The translations under genes were made by a program, and so were the position numbers. From contig JBBSVL010000001.1 of assembly GCA_038233595.1 (NCBI GenBank), positions 1-36,932 on the forward strand: DNA of 36,932 nt, written 5' to 3'. The stretch comes from Propionibacteriales bacterium. Lineage in GTDB: Bacteria > Actinomycetota > Actinomycetes > Propionibacteriales > Nocardioidaceae. How positions within the stretch are numbered: the first letter of the stretch is position 1; each line of letters starts with the position of its first letter. Positions 32,821 to 36,932 of this stretch are shown in pieces. The notes under the pieces are model-generated. The model did not search any database, was not told the DNA's origin, and saw nothing but the letters and a program-made list of their open reading frames with translations.

Positions 32821-32924
32821 GAAGGCGGCGGTCGGGGGGGTCGAAAACAGAAATGTCTGTCCGGGTCCGCGTGTTGCCGCAGCTGCGGCGTCGGCGTTGC
32901 CTACTTTGGTCGAACGGCCTCAGG

Positions 32925-32962
32925 TTGACATAACTATAACCCTCTACTTCAGGGTTAGGGTT
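32925..32962 (+). promoter_or_regulatory. ftsZ promoter with inverted repeat (FtsR-like operator)
   Basis: TTGACA (32925-30) followed by TAACCCT-ctacttc-AGGGTTA (32937-57) and a second AGGGTT. Confidence 0.6.
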
Positions 32963-33093
32963 CGCCGCCGAAGACCCAGGCTTCCCCGCCGCACCACAGC
33001 AGAGCGCCAGACAGCAGAGCCGACGCACAGAACAGACAGGTTCGCCCCGCATTCGGGTGGGGTGACATCCCCGAGCATGAGAGGCAGTCCGCC

Positions 33094-34350
33094 GTGGCAG
33101 CACCACAGAACTACCTGGCCGTTATCAAGGTCGTGGGTATCGGTGGGGGTGGAGTCAACGCCGTCAACCGGATGATCGAGGTCGGGTTGAAGGGCGTGGA
33201 GTTCATCGCCATCAACACCGACGCGCAGGCGCTGCTGATGAGCGACGCCGACGTCAAGCTCGACATCGGTCGCGAGCTGACTCGCGGTCTGGGCGCCGGC
33301 GCCGACCCGGAGGTGGGCGGCCAGGCGGCCGAGGACCACTCCGATGAGATCGAAGAGGTGATGAAGGGCGCCGACATGGTCTTCGTGACCGCTGGCGAGG
33401 GTGGCGGCACCGGCACCGGTGGCGCCCCGGTGGTGGCCAAGATCGCCCGCTCGCTCGGGGCACTGACCATCGGCGTGGTGACCCGGCCGTTCTCCTTCGA
33501 GGGTCGTCGTCGCGCCAACTCCGCGGAGGAGGGCATCGCCGCTCTCCGCGAAGAGGTCGACACCCTGATCGTGATCCCTAACGACAAGCTGCTCTCGATC
33601 TCCGATCGCAACGTGAGCATGCTGGACGCCTTCAAGCAGGCCGACCAGGTGCTGCTGCAAGGTGTCTCCGGCATCACCGACCTGATCACCACGCCGGGCC
33701 TGATCAACCTCGACTTCGCCGACGTGAAGTCGGTGATGTCCAACGCCGGCTCGGCGCTGATGGGCATCGGATCGGCCCGCGGCGAGTCCCGCGCGGTCTC
33801 CGCGGCCGAGATGGCCGTGTCCAGCCCGTTGCTGGAGGAGTCGATCGACGGCGCCCACGGCGTGCTGCTCTCGATCGCGGGCGGTTCGGACCTCGGCCTG
33901 TTCGAGATCAACGAGGCGGCTGCGATGGTGTCCGACGCGGTGCACCCGGAGGCGAACATCATCTTCGGTGCCACCATCGACGACGCGCTGGGTGACGAGG
34001 TGCGCGTGACGGTGATCGCCGCTGGCTTCGACGGCGGTCGACCCAAGCGACGCGAGGCCGAGACCGGACGGCGTCCGATCCCGCAGCAGAGCCAGGCCGA
34101 GACGAGGGCGGCGGCACAGGCCCTGACCAACTCAGCGCAGCCGGCCGAGTCGCAGGACGGAGTGCAGGCCCGTCCCTCTACACGGTCCAACCCGGCGCGT
34201 GAGCCGGTCCCGGTGGGTGCCAACCAGGCCAACCGGACCAGGCCCGCCCAGGGCGGCAGTGACAACCAGGGTGGGTCGCCCGCGGGGCAGCCGAAGCCGG
34301 CACCGTACGGCGGGGACGACGACCTCGACATCCCCGACTTCCTCAAGTAG
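33094..34350 (+). CDS. ftsZ: Cell division protein FtsZ
   Basis: [31 protein letters not shown] signature, INLDFAD, C-terminal DLDIPDFLK. Confidence 0.99.
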   Translation: MAAPQNYLAVIKVVGIGGGGVNAVNRMIEVGLKGVEFIAINTDAQALLMSDADVKLDIGRELTRGLGAGADPEVGGQAAEDHSDEIEEVMKGADMVFVTAGEGGGTGTGGAPVVAKIARSLGALTIGVVTRPFSFEGRRRANSAEEGIAALREEVDTLIVIPNDKLLSISDRNVSMLDAFKQADQVLLQGVSGITDLITTPGLINLDFADVKSVMSNAGSALMGIGSARGESRAVSAAEMAVSSPLLEESIDGAHGVLLSIAGGSDLGLFEINEAAAMVSDAVHPEANIIFGATIDDALGDEVRVTVIAAGFDGGRPKRREAETGRRPIPQQSQAETRAAAQALTNSAQPAESQDGVQARPSTRSNPAREPVPVGANQANRTRPAQGGSDNQGGSPAGQPKPAPYGGDDDLDIPDFLK

Positions 34351-34371
34351 GAGCGGGGGAGACTCTTCCGG

Positions 34372-35091
34372 GTGTACTTCCACCGCACCTCACTCGGCCC
34401 CGTCGACCTGGCCTTCACGGACAGGTACGACGGGGTCAGTGCTGCCCCCTTCGACTCCCTCAACCTGGCGCTCGCCGGCGAGGACGACCCGGTGGCGGTC
34501 ACCGAGAACCATCGCCTGGTGGGCGCGGACTTCGCGCCTGGCTCGGCGGTCGCCGACATGCACCAGGTGCACGGTGCCGAGGCGGTGCTCGTCGACGTTC
34601 GGGCGCTGGGTGACCCTCCGATCTGCGACGGGTTGGTCTGCACCACACCCGGGGTCGTGCTGATGGTGCGAGCTGCCGACTGCGTACCGGTCCTGCTGGC
34701 CGATGCCGACCGCGGTGTCGTGGCTGTGGCCCACTCGGGACGCCCCGGCCTGGCCAAGGGCATCGTGCCCGCCGTTGTTCGCCTGATGCGCGAGCAGGGA
34801 GCCGAGCGGATCACCGGCTGGATCGGGCCGCACGTGTGCGGCTCCTGCTATGAGGTTCCGTTGGCCCTGCAGCAGGAGGTGGTGGCACTCGAGCCCGCTT
34901 CCCGCGCCACGACCAGCTGGGGCACGCCCGCGCTCGACATCGGCGCCGGCGTCCGCGCCCAGCTGGAGCGCGACGAGGTCAACGTGGTCGACGCGTCGCG
35001 ATGCACCCGGGAGTGGCCCGACCTCTACTCCTACCGTCGCGACGGGGCCGGTTCCGGGCGGCTGGCCGGCCTGGTCCGGAGGCGGGCGTGA
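34372..35091 (+). CDS. pgeF: PgeF/YfiH/YlmD polyphenol oxidase-like (purine nucleoside) enzyme
   Basis: FTDR..GVS..PFDSLNL, QVHG, DGLV, ADCVPVLL, HSGRPG, GPHVCGSCYEV, YSYRR. Confidence 0.92.
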   Translation: MYFHRTSLGPVDLAFTDRYDGVSAAPFDSLNLALAGEDDPVAVTENHRLVGADFAPGSAVADMHQVHGAEAVLVDVRALGDPPICDGLVCTTPGVVLMVRAADCVPVLLADADRGVVAVAHSGRPGLAKGIVPAVVRLMREQGAERITGWIGPHVCGSCYEVPLALQQEVVALEPASRATTSWGTPALDIGAGVRAQLERDEVNVVDASRCTREWPDLYSYRRDGAGSGRLAGLVRRRA

Positions 35092-35147
35092 GCGACACCC
35101 CACGACGCTGCTCGCAGAGCTCGCACCGCCGCAGGGACCCCGAATGA
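35088..35147 (+). repeat. 48-bp hairpin element, copy E (35096-35143), inside a 19-codon coupling mini-ORF
   Basis: GTG overlapping the pgeF TGA reads [19 protein letters not shown], whose TGA overlaps the yggS ATG; core CA-CCCCACGACGCTGC-TCGCAGAGCTC-GCACCGCCGCAGGG-ACCCCGA. Confidence 0.85.
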
Positions 35148-35842
35148 CCCGCGAGGACGAGATCCGGGCCGGGCTCGACCGGGTGCGCGACCGGATCTCG
35201 ACGTCGGCGCGCGAGGCTGGTCGCGACCCTGAGGACGTCACGTTGGTGGTGGTCACCAAGTACTTCCCTGCCTCCGACGTACGGATCCTGCGAGACCTCG
35301 GTGTCACGAACGTCGGCGAGAACCGGCACCAGGAGGCCCAGTCCAAGGCGGCCGAGCTCGCTGATCTCGGGCTCACCTGGCACTTCGTCGGCAACCTGCA
35401 GAGCAACAAGGCCGGCGCCGTTGCCCAGTACGCCGACGTGGTGCATTCGGTGGACCGCGCCAAGCTGCTCGGTGGCCTGTCCCGTGGCGCGCACGAGCGC
35501 GGCCGCACGCTCGAGTGCCTGGTGCAGGTCGACCTCGACCCGACTCCCAAGGCCGGTCGCGGTGGTGCCGCCCCGGGCGACGTGCCGGGTCTGTGTGACG
35601 AGGTCGAGGCCGCGGACGGGCTCGCGCTGCGGGGCCTGATGGCTGTGGCGCCGGCGGAGGTGGACCCCGCGAGAGCGTTCGCACGACTGACGGAGCTGGC
35701 CGACGTCCTACGACGGGAGCACCCGGACGCGACCTGGCTCTCTGCAGGGATGAGCGGTGATCTGGAACAGGCAGTGAAGGCCGGCGCGACACACGTGCGC
35801 GTCGGCAGCGCGGTGCTCGGTGAGAGGCCGTCCAACAGGTAA
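35144..35842 (+). CDS. yggS: PLP homeostasis protein YggS/YlmE
   Basis: [54 protein letters not shown]. Confidence 0.95.
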   Translation: MTREDEIRAGLDRVRDRISTSAREAGRDPEDVTLVVVTKYFPASDVRILRDLGVTNVGENRHQEAQSKAAELADLGLTWHFVGNLQSNKAGAVAQYADVVHSVDRAKLLGGLSRGAHERGRTLECLVQVDLDPTPKAGRGGAAPGDVPGLCDEVEAADGLALRGLMAVAPAEVDPARAFARLTELADVLRREHPDATWLSAGMSGDLEQAVKAGATHVRVGSAVLGERPSNR

Positions 35843-35903
35843 TGTCCCAAGCACCCGGAGGCGGGTTCGACGAAGCGGGCATCGACAGCGGAGGAAGAAG
35901 TTC

Positions 35904-36386
35904 ATGAGCGGCACGATGCACAAGATGGGTGTCTACCTCGGACTCCTCGAGGACGGCCCAGACAGTTTCGGGGCCGAGTACCTCGACGACGACGCCAGCT
36001 ACGACGGGCCGGCGCGCCGCGAGGTCGTCAACCGTGAAGAGGCACAGGTGGCCAACCTGGCCGACCGTCGGCGTACGAACCCGGCGCCGTCCTCGGTGGT
36101 TGCCCCGATGTCGCGGATCACCACCTTGCATCCGCGCACCTACAACGAGGCCCGGGTGATCGGCGAGAACTTCCGCGACGGCGTCCCGGTGATCATGAAC
36201 CTCTCGGAGATGTCTGACGTCGACGCCAAGCGACTGGTCGACTTCGCGGCCGGACTGGTCTTTGCAGTGCGTGGTTCAATCGAGCGGGTGACCAACAAGG
36301 TGTTCCTGCTGTCCCCGCCCAACGTCTCGGTTGCTGCCGAGGACAAGCAGCGCATTGCCGAGGGCGGTTTCTTCAACCAGAGCTGA
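35904..36386 (+). CDS. sepF: Cell division protein SepF
   Basis: ATG after GGAGG; [10 protein letters not shown] amphipathic N-terminus; [37 protein letters not shown]. Confidence 0.96.
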   Translation: MSGTMHKMGVYLGLLEDGPDSFGAEYLDDDASYDGPARREVVNREEAQVANLADRRRTNPAPSSVVAPMSRITTLHPRTYNEARVIGENFRDGVPVIMNLSEMSDVDAKRLVDFAAGLVFAVRGSIERVTNKVFLLSPPNVSVAAEDKQRIAEGGFFNQS

Positions 36387-36392
36387 GCGCGC

Positions 36393-36686
36393 GTGCAAGT
36401 GGCCGGATCCATCGTCGAGCTCGTCTTGTGGATCTTCATTCTGATGCTGTTCCTGCGGTTCATCATGGACTGGGTGCAGATGTTCGCCCGCTCCTGGACG
36501 CCGCGTGGCCCTGCCCTGCTCCTGCTGGAGATCGACTACTCGGTCACCGATCCGCCGATCAGGGCCGTACGTCGGATCCTGCCGCCGATCCGGTTGGGCG
36601 GGATGGCACTGGACCTGAGCCCGATGGTCGTGCTGATCGTCTGTTACCTGCTGCTCTCGCTGAACCGCGCCATTCTGCTGGGGTGA
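36393..36686 (+). CDS. yggT: YggT/YlmG membrane protein
   Basis: 97 aa; RFIMDWV, VTDPPI..VRRILPP.RLGG..LDLS. Confidence 0.92.
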   Translation: MQVAGSIVELVLWIFILMLFLRFIMDWVQMFARSWTPRGPALLLLEIDYSVTDPPIRAVRRILPPIRLGGMALDLSPMVVLIVCYLLLSLNRAILLG

Positions 36687-36791
36687 GGGCGGGAGTGGCC
36701 CATGTTGCGGGAGTTGCCCCCACGACGTGCAGATCCCGCTATTCTGACCACGACCGACCAACGACTAGATGAATTTGGGTGGGGTGGAGTC

Positions 36792-36932
36792 ATGCCGTTG
36801 ACGCCTGACGACGTGAGTAACAAGCGTTTCACGCCGGTGCGGCTCCGTGAGGGCTACGACATGGGTGAGGTGGACCAGTTCCTCGACGAGGTCGAGGCCG
36901 AGCTGTCTCGCCTGATCAAGGAGAACGACGAC
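36792..36932 (+). CDS. divIVA: DivIVA/Wag31 (5' part, truncated by the window end)
   Basis: MPLTPDDVSNKRFTPVRLREGYDMGEVDQFLDEVEAEL; SD GGTGGAG. Confidence 0.95.
   Translation, partial: MPLTPDDVSNKRFTPVRLREGYDMGEVDQFLDEVEAELSRLIKENDD

Overview
GC-rich actinobacterial chromosomal window; gene content and order suggest Nocardioidaceae (inference). Left (1-5939): a CrtI-like FAD oxidoreductase, MpaB/DUF2236 and ArsC-family genes, a divergent hsaE / hsaG-hsaF (mhpD / mhpF-mhpE) trio with a KstR-type palindrome between them, and ybaK. Middle (6030-17831): a DNA-damage locus with a PafBC-type promoter and a perfect LexA box ahead of DUF6504 - SAV_6107-like HEPN - dnaE2-type polymerase, then a SAM methyltransferase, an apparently active dinB and DUF3040; then a MoxR-DUF58-transglutaminase operon on the minus strand. 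Right (18021-36932): a complete dcw cluster (mraZ, mraW RNA motif, small membrane ORF, rsmH, ftsL, ftsI, murE, murF, mraY, murD, ftsW, murG, murC, ftsQ, ftsZ, pgeF, yggS, sepF, yggT, divIVA). Two observations stand out. (1) A dispersed 48-bp hairpin element (5 full copies, 3 remnants) sits at gene junctions and forms chains of ATGA/GTGA-coupled mini-ORFs linking essential genes, in a MIRU-like way. Its stems co-vary, and the mismatch pattern favours folding of the non-coding strand. (2) An imuA/imuB-less mutagenesis cassette carries a stand-alone ImuB-C-like protein, a HEPN protein and a DnaE2 with its own clamp-like motif. Family assignments come from motif recognition by eye, not from database searches.
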